Below, one piece after another: positions 10,869-20,216 of a DNA stretch of 64,000 bases (position 1 is the first letter of the stretch; the number at the start of each line of letters is the position of its first letter). A program made the translations under genes and the position numbers. This DNA is from Bacillota bacterium. GTDB lineage: Bacteria; Bacillota; Limnochordia; Darwinibacteriales; DTU012. The notes beneath the pieces are model-generated. The model saw only the letters and a program-made list of their open reading frames with translations, had not been told where the DNA came from and did no database searches. Where the stretch lies: assembly GCA_012520795.1 (NCBI GenBank), contig JAAYNP010000031.1, positions 30,771 through 94,770 of the forward strand, read 5' to 3'.

Positions 10869-11703
10869 AAGGCATTCTTACATTGGCCGTTACCTGGTTG
10901 GCGCTTAGAAAAGCTTTGGTCAGCAGATTCTCAGCAACACTATACACAGAGCGGCTTGCACTTGATCCCGGATACGCCAAAAGGAAAGCCTGCTGCGCTC
11001 TCACCGCAGATACAACTTTCGGATCAAAAAACACACAGCCCACGTATTTGACTTCGCGCTGCAGGAATCGGCTTGTCATCATGTTGATCTTCTGCCACAC
11101 CAATAATCCTTCATTGGGTGAGCGGACCATATTGGCTAAAATGGTGATCTCTTTTTCCGGCTCCCGCTGCAAAATCGTTTTAATCAGCCCATAAGCGTCA
11201 GCGATACTGCTGGGCTCAGAAGTCGCCACAACCAGCACTTCGCTGACAGCCATGATTACACGGATCACTTTCCGCGCTAAACCGGCACTTGTGTCGACGA
11301 TTAAGAAGTCAAGTTCCCCGTTCAAATGGATTGCAGCGGAAATCAGGCGGTCCAAGCCCATTTGACTAATATTCGCCAGCTCATAGACACCAGAACCTCC
11401 GGCAATTACCTTAAGCCCCAGCGGCCCCTCAATTACGATATCACTTAGTTCTCTTTTTCCATTGACAATATCAAGCAAAGTGTATTTTGGGTAAACACCC
11501 AAGAGCAAATCGGCGTTGGCCAGGCCTAGATCTCCATCGAGCAATGCTACTTTCTGATTCATGTTTATTAGAGCCAAAGCCAAATTAATCGCAATGTTTG
11601 TCTTTCCCACACCGCCTTTACCGCTCGTTACGGCAACAGTGCGGGCAACAGTGCATGGATCTCGATTAACAAGGTCGCGCAGCCGCTGTGCTTGGTCGTT
11701 CAT
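10843..11703 (-). CDS. flhG: flagellar number regulator FlhG (MinD/ParA-type ATPase, YlxH)
   Basis: Deviant Walker A VTSGKGGVGKTNIAINLA; flhF-flhG synteny. Confidence 0.85.
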   Translation of the reverse strand: MNDQAQRLRDLVNRDPCTVARTVAVTSGKGGVGKTNIAINLALALINMNQKVALLDGDLGLANADLLLGVYPKYTLLDIVNGKRELSDIVIEGPLGLKVIAGGSGVYELANISQMGLDRLISAAIHLNGELDFLIVDTSAGLARKVIRVIMAVSEVLVVATSEPSSIADAYGLIKTILQREPEKEITILANMVRSPNEGLLVWQKINMMTSRFLQREVKYVGCVFFDPKVVSAVRAQQAFLLAYPGSSASRSVYSVAENLLTKAFLSANQVTANVRMPFGRNTFAN

Positions 11704-11705
11704 TG

Positions 11706-12314
11706 CTAGCCCCCCAAAACCATACTCGTCAGCTGATCATTTTCTGCAATTTCTATATCATCTGGCACACTTTGCCCATTTGTAATAAAAGCGATCGGCA
11801 CTCGGGCATAATCCGGCGCTTCAACCAAGATACCAAAACTTTGTGTTTCATCAAGTTTGGTGATGATTAGATTATCAATTTCCAGTTCCTTAAACGCATC
11901 AATAATTGCCATCAAATCGTTGCTTTTTGTTGTTGCACTAATCACTAGATACTTCTCCACACTTAGGTCATTAAAAGCCATATTCAACTCTGACATCCGT
12001 TCACGGTTATGATGGCTGCATCCATAAGTATCAATTAGGATTAAGTCCATATCTGCATAAGCATTCAATGCTGAGGCCAATCCACTGCTGGAATAAACGG
12101 CGGTTAGGGGTACATTCATAATATCAGCGTATTTTTTCAGGTGTACCACTGCTGCAATCCGGTAGGTATCCAAAGTGATCAGCCCAACTTTCTTGCGGGC
12201 AATAAGATGGTAATTCGCCGCAAGTTTCGCAATGGTGGTAGTTTTGCCGACACCGGTGGGGCCTATAAATGCCACCACTTTCTGTACTCCAGTAAACTCC
12301 CAGGGTGTATCCAC
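11706..12314 (-). CDS. flhF: flagellar biosynthesis GTPase FlhF, C-terminal NG/GTPase fragment (gene split by frameshift)
   Basis: GTG start. It carries [22 protein letters not shown] and TKLDET SRP-GTPase motifs and the FlhF C-terminus ITNGQSVPDDIEI. The reading frame continues upstream without a stop into the N-fragment region. Confidence 0.7.
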   Translation of the reverse strand: MDTPWEFTGVQKVVAFIGPTGVGKTTTIAKLAANYHLIARKKVGLITLDTYRIAAVVHLKKYADIMNVPLTAVYSSSGLASALNAYADMDLILIDTYGCSHHNRERMSELNMAFNDLSVEKYLVISATTKSNDLMAIIDAFKELEIDNLIITKLDETQSFGILVEAPDYARVPIAFITNGQSVPDDIEIAENDQLTSMVLGG

Positions 12315-12340
12315 CTGTATTAAACTGCTGATCTCAGTTC

Positions 12341-12745
12341 TCAGCTTTTTTTCAACAACTCGGTCTCGTTCCAGTCTTGTTTGGGTACCTGTTGTAAAAC
12401 CGTTTTCACAATTCTAACGGCCAGAGCATGGGACAGATCCTGGCTGGATAACAGTTGATATAGTAACTGGATGGCACTGCTGCTGTCTGCAACGCCCAAA
12501 TCCTGATCCTGAACGGCTGCCGGCTTCTGGTTATGACTAGAAGTAGTGAGAACTTGTTTTCTGCCGGGCTGGGCATTTGGATCAACTGCCCCCAATACCT
12601 CGTACTGCTTCTTGCCGAACAGCCCAAGAAAGCGGCCTTTCTTCACAATTTTGGTCTGCAGGATTATGGCATCGTCCCCAAATTCAGCCTTCATCTTCGT
12701 CACTGCATCTGGCAATGTCTCCCCGCGGAATTTTTTAATCCTCAT
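12341..12745 (-). CDS. flhF: FlhF N-terminal (B-domain) fragment, terminated at an A7 run
   Basis: MRIKKFRGETLPDAVTKMKAEFGDDAIILQTK matches the FlhF N-terminus. It ends LLKKS* at the sense-strand sequence gaaaaaaagc, and the -1 frame reads on into the GTPase fragment. Confidence 0.65.
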   Translation of the reverse strand: MRIKKFRGETLPDAVTKMKAEFGDDAIILQTKIVKKGRFLGLFGKKQYEVLGAVDPNAQPGRKQVLTTSSHNQKPAAVQDQDLGVADSSSAIQLLYQLLSSQDLSHALAVRIVKTVLQQVPKQDWNETELLKKS

Positions 12746-14804
12746 GCGGCCACTTCACCACCCCTACAGTCTGCACCTGGATTTCCGGGACAATTTCGTT
12801 ATATGACAGCACTATCAAACTGGGAAAATTCCTTTCCGTCAAGCGTCTCAGGGCCAGCCTGACCCGTGGAGAGACCAGGATAACAGGCTGGACCAGATTG
12901 TTTGCATCCAGTGCAGACTTGAGTGCGCCAAAAAGACGCTGCAGTATGCGCGGATCTATTGATATGACGTTGCCCCGTTCTGTCTGCTCAATCCCTTCTG
13001 CAATCACCGTCTCCCACTGCGGCTCAAGCGTCAGCACCAATAGAACATCATTTTCCGCATATTGACGGCAAAGCTGTCGTGCCAATGCTTCCCGCACGTA
13101 TTCTGTAAGATAATCCAAATCTTTGCTGACGGGAGCTGCATCAGCCAGTGATTCAAGAATCGTTACCAGGTTGCGGATAGGAACCTGCTCTCGCAGAAGA
13201 GTCTGAAGCACTTTTTGAATCTCGCCGATAGTCATCAGGTTCGGGACCAGTTCATTGATTACAGCTGAATAATCACTCCGCAAGCTGTCAAGCAAGGTTT
13301 GCACCTCTTGCCGGCCCAGCAACTCGTGAGCGTGATTTCGGATAGTCTCCGTCAAATGAGTTGCCAGAACACTTGGTGAATCCACGACAGTGTAGCCGTT
13401 CATTTCCGCCCGTTCTCGGTGTTCTTCAGAGATCCAGAGGGCATCAAGGCCAAATGCAGGTTCTTTTGTAGGTTCACCAGGTACTGGTTCAGTTACATTT
13501 CCCGCGTCCATGGCCAGATAATGGTTGAGCATCAGCTGCCCCCTGCCTACTTCTATTCCTTTGATTTTTATCACATATGAGTTTGGCGGCAGCTGAAGGT
13601 TATCCCGGATTCTGATCACGGGAACAATGATCCCAAGCTCCAAAGCACATTGACGTCTGATCATTGTGATGCGATCGAGCATATCTCCCCCTTGTTCGCT
13701 GTCCACCAAGGGAATCAGGCTGTAACCGATTTCCAATTCGATCATGTCAACCTGCAAGAGCGAAAGGACGCTGTCTGGTTGGCGCCTTTCTTCAAGCTCA
13801 CGCCTGGCTTCATCGGCAATAGCACTTGTCTCGACACTGGCTTGCTCCCGAAAGAGCGCATACCCCAAAAGGCCAAACAAGCCGCTGAGAATAAAAAACG
13901 GAACGAAAGGCAAGCCGGGAACCACCGCAAACACCATCAGGACCCCGCTGGTGATCATTAACGTTTTTGGACTGCTTAACAGCTGAATGTTGAGATCATG
14001 GCCAAGATTGTTTTCGCTGGCAGCCCTGGTGACAATAATTCCGGTGGCGGTACTCACCAGGAGCGCGGGGATTTGTGATACCAATCCGTCACCCACGGTC
14101 AAAAGGGTGTATGTGTTGAGTGCACGCTGGAAATCATAACCGCGGGAGAGGATGCCGATCAACAGCCCGCCTACAAAGTCTATCAAAACGATGATAATCC
14201 CGGCAATGGCGTCGCCTTTGATAAATTTCGACGCACCGTCCATGGCACCGTAAAAGTCTGCTTCCCGTTGGATCTGCACTCGCCTCTGCCTAGCTTCCGC
14301 TTCTGATATCAAGCCGGCATTGAGATCCGCATCAATGCTCATTTGTTTGCCAGGCATTGCGTCAAGAGTGAACCTAGCCGCTACTTCCGCAACCCGTTCC
14401 GAGCCTTTGGTAATAACGATAAACTGAACTATAACCAGAATCAAGAAAATAACAAATCCAACGATATAATTGCCGCCGACTACAAAATCGCCAAACGCAC
14501 TAATGATATTTCCGGCATATGCACGAAGCAGAATTAGGCGGGTGGATGAAACACTCAGTGCAAGCCGAAACAGAGTCAGCAGCAACAAAAGCGTTGGGAA
14601 AATCGAGATTTCGAGTGGCTCCCGGATGTTAATGGACAATAAGAGCACCAGTAATGACAAGCTGATGTTGCATGCAAATAGAATATCCAAAAGGAATGGC
14701 GGTAATGGCAGTACCATCATGATTACAACCATAATCACTGCAATTACCACATAGAGATCCCTGTATTGCCCTAATTTGTGCAAGGGAGCGGTACCATTAA
14801 TCAT
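12735..14804 (-). CDS. flhA: flagellar type III export apparatus protein FlhA
   Basis: 689 aa with an N-terminal 8-TM region and a large cytoplasmic domain with FlhA/LcrD family signatures. Confidence 0.95.
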   Translation of the reverse strand: MINGTAPLHKLGQYRDLYVVIAVIMVVIMMVLPLPPFLLDILFACNISLSLLVLLLSINIREPLEISIFPTLLLLLTLFRLALSVSSTRLILLRAYAGNIISAFGDFVVGGNYIVGFVIFLILVIVQFIVITKGSERVAEVAARFTLDAMPGKQMSIDADLNAGLISEAEARQRRVQIQREADFYGAMDGASKFIKGDAIAGIIIVLIDFVGGLLIGILSRGYDFQRALNTYTLLTVGDGLVSQIPALLVSTATGIIVTRAASENNLGHDLNIQLLSSPKTLMITSGVLMVFAVVPGLPFVPFFILSGLFGLLGYALFREQASVETSAIADEARRELEERRQPDSVLSLLQVDMIELEIGYSLIPLVDSEQGGDMLDRITMIRRQCALELGIIVPVIRIRDNLQLPPNSYVIKIKGIEVGRGQLMLNHYLAMDAGNVTEPVPGEPTKEPAFGLDALWISEEHRERAEMNGYTVVDSPSVLATHLTETIRNHAHELLGRQEVQTLLDSLRSDYSAVINELVPNLMTIGEIQKVLQTLLREQVPIRNLVTILESLADAAPVSKDLDYLTEYVREALARQLCRQYAENDVLLVLTLEPQWETVIAEGIEQTERGNVISIDPRILQRLFGALKSALDANNLVQPVILVSPRVRLALRRLTERNFPSLIVLSYNEIVPEIQVQTVGVVKWPHED

Positions 14805-14826
14805 GTCATACCCTCCAACCCATTAG

Positions 14827-15927
14827 CTACAGTGCTTTCCTCCTGAGCCGGTAGACAAATGCCAACACTTCAGCAACTGCCGCATAGAGCTCTGCAGGAA
14901 TCTGCTGTCCAACCTCGACCGAACGGTATAAAGCACGGGCCAATGGCTGATTCTCCACTAAAGGGACACCATGCTGATTTGCCAGCTCACGAATTTTCTC
15001 AGCGACAATTCCCGCACCTTTGGCTACCACTTCAGGTGCTGACATCCTGTCGGCTTCATACAGTAAAGCAACTGCGATATGAGTAGGGTTTGTGATTATC
15101 ACATCTGCTGTTGGAACTGCCTGCATCATCCGCCTTGATGCGAGTTCCCGCTGTTTCTGGCGGATTCGGGAACGAACCAGGGGATCCCCTTCCAGCTGCT
15201 TGAATTCCTCTTTAACCTCATGCCTGGTCATGCGGATATTTTTCTCGAACTCCCACTTCTGGTAGAAATAGTCTAATACGGCCAAAATCAGCAGAGTAAG
15301 CCCAAGCGCCTGAACAAGGGCAAAAATTGAATTGCCAACAAGCAAGAAGCTGTTGGAGATATCCAGCGCTGCCAGATTGGTTAGCCACGGTAAGCGGTTG
15401 CGAACTTGTGTAAATACAATCCAACCCACTATCACAACCTTGAGAACCGATTTGAGACATTCCACAATGGCCCGTTTGGAAAACAGGCGTTTCATCCCTT
15501 CAAAAGGATTGATCCGGTTTAACTGAGGCTGGATCACGGATGGGTTGAACATCAGCCCTACTTGGAAGTACTGGGCAGCAAAACTGACCAAAAGCAAAAC
15601 CCCAAATATTGGCAAAAGCACAAAGGCAATTTCCCTTAGCGCAACCAAGCAAAAACCATAAGCCATGTCTGCATTGCCATTCCAACTGGCGGCATTTGCC
15701 AGAAAGTGCCGCACAAGGGCATCGAGCCGCTCCACCCCCCCGCTGATGGCAAATTTTATGACGTAGAATCCCACCAGGATTACAAGTGCTGGCCCAATCT
15801 CTCCACTCTTGGCAACTTGGCCTTTCTTGCGTACTTCTTCTCGCTTATGAGGAGTGGCGCTCTCTGTTTTCTCTGCAAAGAGCTGCAAGTCAAATTTGAA
15901 CCTGATCGAATCGAAACAATTTTTCAT
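14827..15927 (-). CDS. flhB: flagellar export apparatus protein FlhB
   Basis: 366 aa; NPTH autocleavage motif (ITNPTHIAVAL). Confidence 0.95.
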   Translation of the reverse strand: MKNCFDSIRFKFDLQLFAEKTESATPHKREEVRKKGQVAKSGEIGPALVILVGFYVIKFAISGGVERLDALVRHFLANAASWNGNADMAYGFCLVALREIAFVLLPIFGVLLLVSFAAQYFQVGLMFNPSVIQPQLNRINPFEGMKRLFSKRAIVECLKSVLKVVIVGWIVFTQVRNRLPWLTNLAALDISNSFLLVGNSIFALVQALGLTLLILAVLDYFYQKWEFEKNIRMTRHEVKEEFKQLEGDPLVRSRIRQKQRELASRRMMQAVPTADVIITNPTHIAVALLYEADRMSAPEVVAKGAGIVAEKIRELANQHGVPLVENQPLARALYRSVEVGQQIPAELYAAVAEVLAFVYRLRRKAL

Positions 15928-15936
15928 GTTGGTCTC

Positions 15937-16710
15937 CTAAGTACCAGACTGGATCAGTCCGTAGATGATCTCCATCAACAATCCGTCATAGGCAAACAAT
16001 TTGGCGACTAGAGCTACAAAAGCTGGAATTGCCAATATGATTACAAACAACCCCAAAAGGTTCTTGATTGGAAATCCAAGCACGAACACATTCATCTGGG
16101 GGACAATCCTCGTAATCACACCTAAACTTACGTCAACAAGGATAATGGTCCCCATGACTGGTGCCGCAATCTGAAGCCCGATCAGGAATAGATTCTTGCC
16201 TAGTTGAGACATGGCCTCAAGAGTAAATTCCAAAGTGAAAAAACTATTAATCGGCAAATACTGGTAACTCTGGCACAGGGCTCTTATAATCCACAGATGA
16301 GCATCGACGGCAAAAAAGATAACCATTGTCAATAAGGAGTAAAACTGCGTGAATACAGGCAGCTGCACCCCTAACTGGGGATCAAAAACGGTTGCCAATC
16401 CAAACCCAATGGGAAAATCCACCAACTGCCCGGAAAACTGGATGCTGGCAAAGACCAGGGTAACAACAAACGCCAACAACAAGCCCACACCAATCTCCTG
16501 GATAACTAACACTACCCAATCAAGACTAAAATCACCCACGTATGTCAGTGGTTGGGCCACCAGTATTGCCATCAAAACTGCAAGCCCGGTTTTGGCCTGT
16601 GCCGGGATCCCTCTTTGCCTAAGTGGGGGTACAGCAAAAATAAACGTTGAAAAACGGATGAATGCCAACAGGTATCCCTCTAAACCCAGCATGGCTCCAA
16701 CCTCGTTCAA
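15937..16710 (-). CDS. fliR: flagellar export apparatus protein FliR
   Basis: 257 aa polytopic protein in fliPQR order. Confidence 0.9.
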   Translation of the reverse strand: MNEVGAMLGLEGYLLAFIRFSTFIFAVPPLRQRGIPAQAKTGLAVLMAILVAQPLTYVGDFSLDWVVLVIQEIGVGLLLAFVVTLVFASIQFSGQLVDFPIGFGLATVFDPQLGVQLPVFTQFYSLLTMVIFFAVDAHLWIIRALCQSYQYLPINSFFTLEFTLEAMSQLGKNLFLIGLQIAAPVMGTIILVDVSLGVITRIVPQMNVFVLGFPIKNLLGLFVIILAIPAFVALVAKLFAYDGLLMEIIYGLIQSGT

Positions 16711-16985
16711 GCTACAAAATTATGCAGGTTTTCCAGAACCTGGCTGCCGAAATTGACCAGCACACGCAGCATCCATGGCCCGAACAACAGTATAGAAGCC
16801 AAAACAGCAATGATTTTTGGTATGAAAGTCAGAGTCTGTTCTTGAATCTGAGTGGTGGCCTGAAAAATACTTACTGTCAAACCCACAATCAACCCCATGC
16901 CCAAAGCAGGCCCGGCAACCAGCAGGACAGTCGTCAGTGCTTGCTTGGCTAAAGCGACGATCTCAACTTCGCTCATCAAGCTCAT
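16707..16985 (-). CDS. fliQ: flagellar export apparatus protein FliQ
   Basis: 92 aa; ...QATTQIQEQTLTFIPKI... FliQ signature. Confidence 0.9.
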   Translation of the reverse strand: MSLMSEVEIVALAKQALTTVLLVAGPALGMGLIVGLTVSIFQATTQIQEQTLTFIPKIIAVLASILLFGPWMLRVLVNFGSQVLENLHNFVA

Positions 16986-16988
16986 CTC

Positions 16989-17630
16989 CTAATTAAAACT
17001 TACCAGCAAAGAACGAACCACCAAATTCCAACCATCCACCAAAACAAATAACAAAATTTTGAACGGAAGCGAAATCATCACCGGCGGCAGCATCATCATT
17101 CCCATGGCCATGAGGATACTGGCCACAATCATATCAATTACCAAAAACGGAATAAAGATCATAAAGCCGATTTGAAATGCTGTTTTCAATTCGGAAATAA
17201 CGAATGCCGGAACCAAGGCAAAGATGCTGACGTCTTCCTTAGTTTCAGGATGGGGTTCACCTCTGGCTTCCAGAAAGATCGCCAGGTCTTTCTCTCGAGT
17301 ATGCTTAAACATGAATTCACGAATCGGCTCCAGGGTTAAGTTGAGTGCCACCTCCAGATCAAGTTCGCCTGCCAAATACGGTGCAATCCCCTGTGTGTAG
17401 GCATCGGCAAATACCGGGGCCATAATAAAAAAAGTCAGAAAAAGCGACAACCCGACAATTACCTGGTTCGGGGGCATCTGATTCGTCGCGATCGCATTGC
17501 GGATGAACGACATCGAAACCACAACACGGGTAAAAGAGGTCATTAAAATGAGAATCGACGGGGCTAGTGTCAATACTGTCAAAGCGATCAGGATTTGTAG
17601 TGCGACTGTTAGATCCTCTGGATTCTCCAA
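16989..17630 (-). CDS. fliP: flagellar export apparatus protein FliP
   Basis: 213 aa; ...ILILMTSFTRVVVSMSFIRNAIATNQMPPNQV... FliP signature. Confidence 0.9.
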   Translation of the reverse strand: MENPEDLTVALQILIALTVLTLAPSILILMTSFTRVVVSMSFIRNAIATNQMPPNQVIVGLSLFLTFFIMAPVFADAYTQGIAPYLAGELDLEVALNLTLEPIREFMFKHTREKDLAIFLEARGEPHPETKEDVSIFALVPAFVISELKTAFQIGFMIFIPFLVIDMIVASILMAMGMMMLPPVMISLPFKILLFVLVDGWNLVVRSLLVSFN

Positions 17631-17659
17631 GATACTTAAGCCAAGATCTGATATGATGG

Positions 17660-17986
17660 TTACTCACCACCTTCCCCTTGAACCGAAGACAATCCTTGAT
17701 CACCTGTTTGGAACACAGCTACGCCTTGCTTGTCGATGATCGTAATCTGTTGGCCGCCGAGCGCAAGCAGGTACCGGTTTTCAGCCCACTCCACGACATA
17801 TAAGAACCGGTTCCCCCCCAGCGGAACCCGTTCCCTTATATGCACTGTACTATGCGCCTTGTGGGCTTTGGCGTACCATCGGGTAACAAAGTACATGATT
17901 GGGATCAGGCAGGCCAGAATAACAACTACTTTAACAAAACCAATCACCATTTCTGAATCAAACAAATCCACCACTGCCACCCCCAC
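17660..17986 (-). CDS. fliO: flagellar biosynthesis protein FliO/FliZ (single-TM)
   Basis: 108 aa with one TM helix, directly upstream of fliP as in B. subtilis fliZ. It is not CheY-like. Confidence 0.55.
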   Translation of the reverse strand: MGVAVVDLFDSEMVIGFVKVVVILACLIPIMYFVTRWYAKAHKAHSTVHIRERVPLGGNRFLYVVEWAENRYLLALGGQQITIIDKQGVAVFQTGDQGLSSVQGEGGE

Positions 17987-18053
17987 CTGTTCCCAGTTTG
18001 CATCCTATTGTATGGTGATAAATTCGATTTTTGTCAAGTTTCTCCTGCACAAT

Positions 18054-19004
18054 TTAGGATTTTATCCGATTGAGGTTGCTGTCAATTTCGAGGATTCTTA
18101 AACCAAGATGATCATCAACGACCATGATCTCGGCACTGGCTATATTCTGATCAAAGACATAGACATCAGCAGGATCTCCGGCGGCTTTTTGGAGAGTGAT
18201 CACATCACCACTCTTAAGTTTCATGATCTCATCAAGGTTCATTGTGGTGGTTCCCAATTCGGCAATCACGGGAATAGTGACATCAGAGACAATTTCCATC
18301 GAGTGTCTCGCGCTTTCGGGCTGATCAACCGTAAGACTGTCAAACTCGAAAGACTCTATTTGGACTACCTTTGGTTTTTTGATATTCACAGCCCGGCGGT
18401 TCCTAACTTGTCTTCCCACTATTGGGCTTTCAGTTTTCTTGTCCATACCCTCAAGAAGTTTGTCCCCCTGCAGCAGCCAAAACAGTTCAACGCTGGATGA
18501 ATTAAAGCAGATATTATAGTGGACGATATGACTTGGGACCGATGACATGGACCCAAGCTGGGCTGGAGGTATTTTGTTCACAGGCAGGATATTGCCGTAG
18601 TGCCAATAGCCGGTCAGCTCAGTCAGGAACTCCGAAACCGTATTCACGAACTCCTCGACCAGCAAATCCACAGCCCTTACCAAATCAACATTGAGGAAAC
18701 CGGCCATCTCTTCTGCATCCCTTGTGTGGATCAATACAAACGAAGTGCTAAATTGGAAATTGACAGGGTATGCATAGATGGCCTCGTCTTCGGCATAAAG
18801 CTTCGTCAAGTGGCCTTGTGTGCGTTCAGCATAAAACCCGTCGATGGAAATGGGCGTGCCAAAAAACTTGATCATGTGCTTTTCCAACAGAAAATTCGCC
18901 CCTTGCAGCAGTTCGGTCAGTTTCTGATCGAACAAAGAATCCATCTGCCGGTTTTGGGCTGATAATGCATTCATTTCCGCCTGCGTAAATTGAAACTCAC
19001 TCAT
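18054..19004 (-). CDS. fliN: flagellar motor switch protein of FliN/FliY type (N-terminal CheY-binding-like peptide + C-terminal FliN/SpoA domain)
   Basis: C-terminus IPVIAELGTTTMNLDEIMKLKSGDVITL...IASAEIMVVDDHLGLRILEI fits the FliN consensus (GEVVVV...GVRI). The N-terminus EFQFTQAEMNAL resembles the LSQxEIDALL peptide. It lacks the FliM GGxG and RxYDF motifs. It is the only C-ring gene between fliL and fliO. Confidence 0.7.
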   Translation of the reverse strand: MSEFQFTQAEMNALSAQNRQMDSLFDQKLTELLQGANFLLEKHMIKFFGTPISIDGFYAERTQGHLTKLYAEDEAIYAYPVNFQFSTSFVLIHTRDAEEMAGFLNVDLVRAVDLLVEEFVNTVSEFLTELTGYWHYGNILPVNKIPPAQLGSMSSVPSHIVHYNICFNSSSVELFWLLQGDKLLEGMDKKTESPIVGRQVRNRRAVNIKKPKVVQIESFEFDSLTVDQPESARHSMEIVSDVTIPVIAELGTTTMNLDEIMKLKSGDVITLQKAAGDPADVYVFDQNIASAEIMVVDDHLGLRILEIDSNLNRIKS

Positions 19005-19016
19005 ATGATTAACCCC

Positions 19017-19475
19017 TTATTGGAATACCAAGTCTATAAAGAAAATATCAGAAACCTTTTCCGTTCCAAACAATTCGTTGATCGCGCCAATCAGTTTGGC
19101 TTTTAACTGTACCAAGCCGTCGGGAGCACTTAAATCTGCCAAGGTACACGTGCGGAGTATTGTAATTATCCGATCCCGGATTTGCGGTTCGCGCCTTTCT
19201 GCCTCTCGCACGTCGCTGTCTTTGGTGAATTCCAATACGATTCCGGTGCGAATAAACCTGATCGAATTCGTTCCGGCCAAATTTACGGTAAATTCACCGA
19301 TTTCATATGTAGGGCCAATATCCCGGGCGCCACCGTCAGCCTTCTCCGCGCCCGTGTTGGGAGTATTGCGGGCTAGCATCATATACGCAGTGAATGCACT
19401 CCCGACTGAAGCTATGATTACCAATGCCAGCGCAACAATTACAAATCTGAAATCAACCTCGACCTTTTTACTCAA
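19017..19475 (-). CDS. fliL: flagellar basal body-associated protein FliL
   Basis: 152 aa with an N-terminal TM helix and the FliL-type periplasmic domain. It sits before the switch gene. Confidence 0.75.
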   Translation of the reverse strand: MSKKVEVDFRFVIVALALVIIASVGSAFTAYMMLARNTPNTGAEKADGGARDIGPTYEIGEFTVNLAGTNSIRFIRTGIVLEFTKDSDVREAERREPQIRDRIITILRTCTLADLSAPDGLVQLKAKLIGAINELFGTEKVSDIFFIDLVFQ

Positions 19476-19481
19476 AGCCCA

Positions 19482-20216
19482 TCACTCCATCTCAGATTTT
19501 GGCTCTTCAGCCCAAAGATCCATCCTCATGATTACAATGTCCACCCTGCGGTTTAAAGCACGGTTTTCCGCAGTATCGTTGGGGGCAACCGGACGATACT
19601 CCCCGTAACCTGCTGCAGACAGCTTGTTAGGATCGAAGCCAAGCTCTTCAACCATATATCGAATTACCCGGGTTGCCCGGTGTGTCGACAGTTCCCAATT
19701 GGAGGGAAACTGCGCAGTCTTGATCGGCCAGTTGTCGGTATGGCCTTCCACTCGGATAGGGTTGGGAATGTCCTTGAGAATTGGGCCAAGTTTGTCAAGA
19801 ATGGCTACAGCTTCTTGCTTAAGGTCTGCCTTTCCCAGATCGAAAAACACCTGGTCTGCAAACCGGACAACCAAACCCCGTTCTTCATGTTCCACCATCA
19901 CGGAGGCGTGCAGCCCTTCCAGATCAATAAACTCTCCTAGAGCCTCCTTAAGCTGCAGTAACTGCTCCAGACTAAGCTCGGAACTTGACGATAACAATCC
20001 AGGGTCGGTTTCTGCAACCAAACCTCCCTGCAACACTCCAAACCCGCCGCGGATGGATTGCATTAATCCATGGAACTTGCCTTCATCCACGTTTGAAATG
20101 CCAAACAACAGCACAAACAATGACAAAAGCAGGGTTACCATGTCTGCATAGGTTGTCATCCACAAGGGTGAACCCGATTGTACAGGTTGGCTTGGCTGCT
20201 TTCTACGCTTGCGCAC
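19482..20216 (-). CDS. motB: flagellar stator protein MotB (OmpA-like)
   Basis: Single TM helix with conserved Asp region (TTYADMVTLLL) and C-terminal OmpA peptidoglycan-binding motif (...NRRVDIVI). Confidence 0.85.
   Translation of the reverse strand: MRKRRKQPSQPVQSGSPLWMTTYADMVTLLLSLFVLLFGISNVDEGKFHGLMQSIRGGFGVLQGGLVAETDPGLLSSSSELSLEQLLQLKEALGEFIDLEGLHASVMVEHEERGLVVRFADQVFFDLGKADLKQEAVAILDKLGPILKDIPNPIRVEGHTDNWPIKTAQFPSNWELSTHRATRVIRYMVEELGFDPNKLSAAGYGEYRPVAPNDTAENRALNRRVDIVIMRMDLWAEEPKSEME

Noticed and set aside
17359-17703. 114-aa minus-strand ORF overlapping fliP and fliO in another frame
   Set aside because: The overlapping frames encode recognisable FliP and FliO/FliZ, and this frame has no homology.
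17660-17986. Considered whether the 108-aa gene between the switch gene and fliP is cheY
   Set aside because: It has one TM helix and no receiver-domain motifs (no DD...D...T...K pattern). It matches the FliO/FliZ position and character instead.
18054-19004. Considered calling the 316-aa switch protein FliM
   Set aside because: It lacks the FliM-specific RxYDF and GGxG motifs. Its C-terminal domain follows the FliN consensus (AEIMVVDDHLGLRILEI vs GEVVVV...GVRI) more closely than the FliM C-terminus. Only the first 10 residues of the C-domain look FliM-like.
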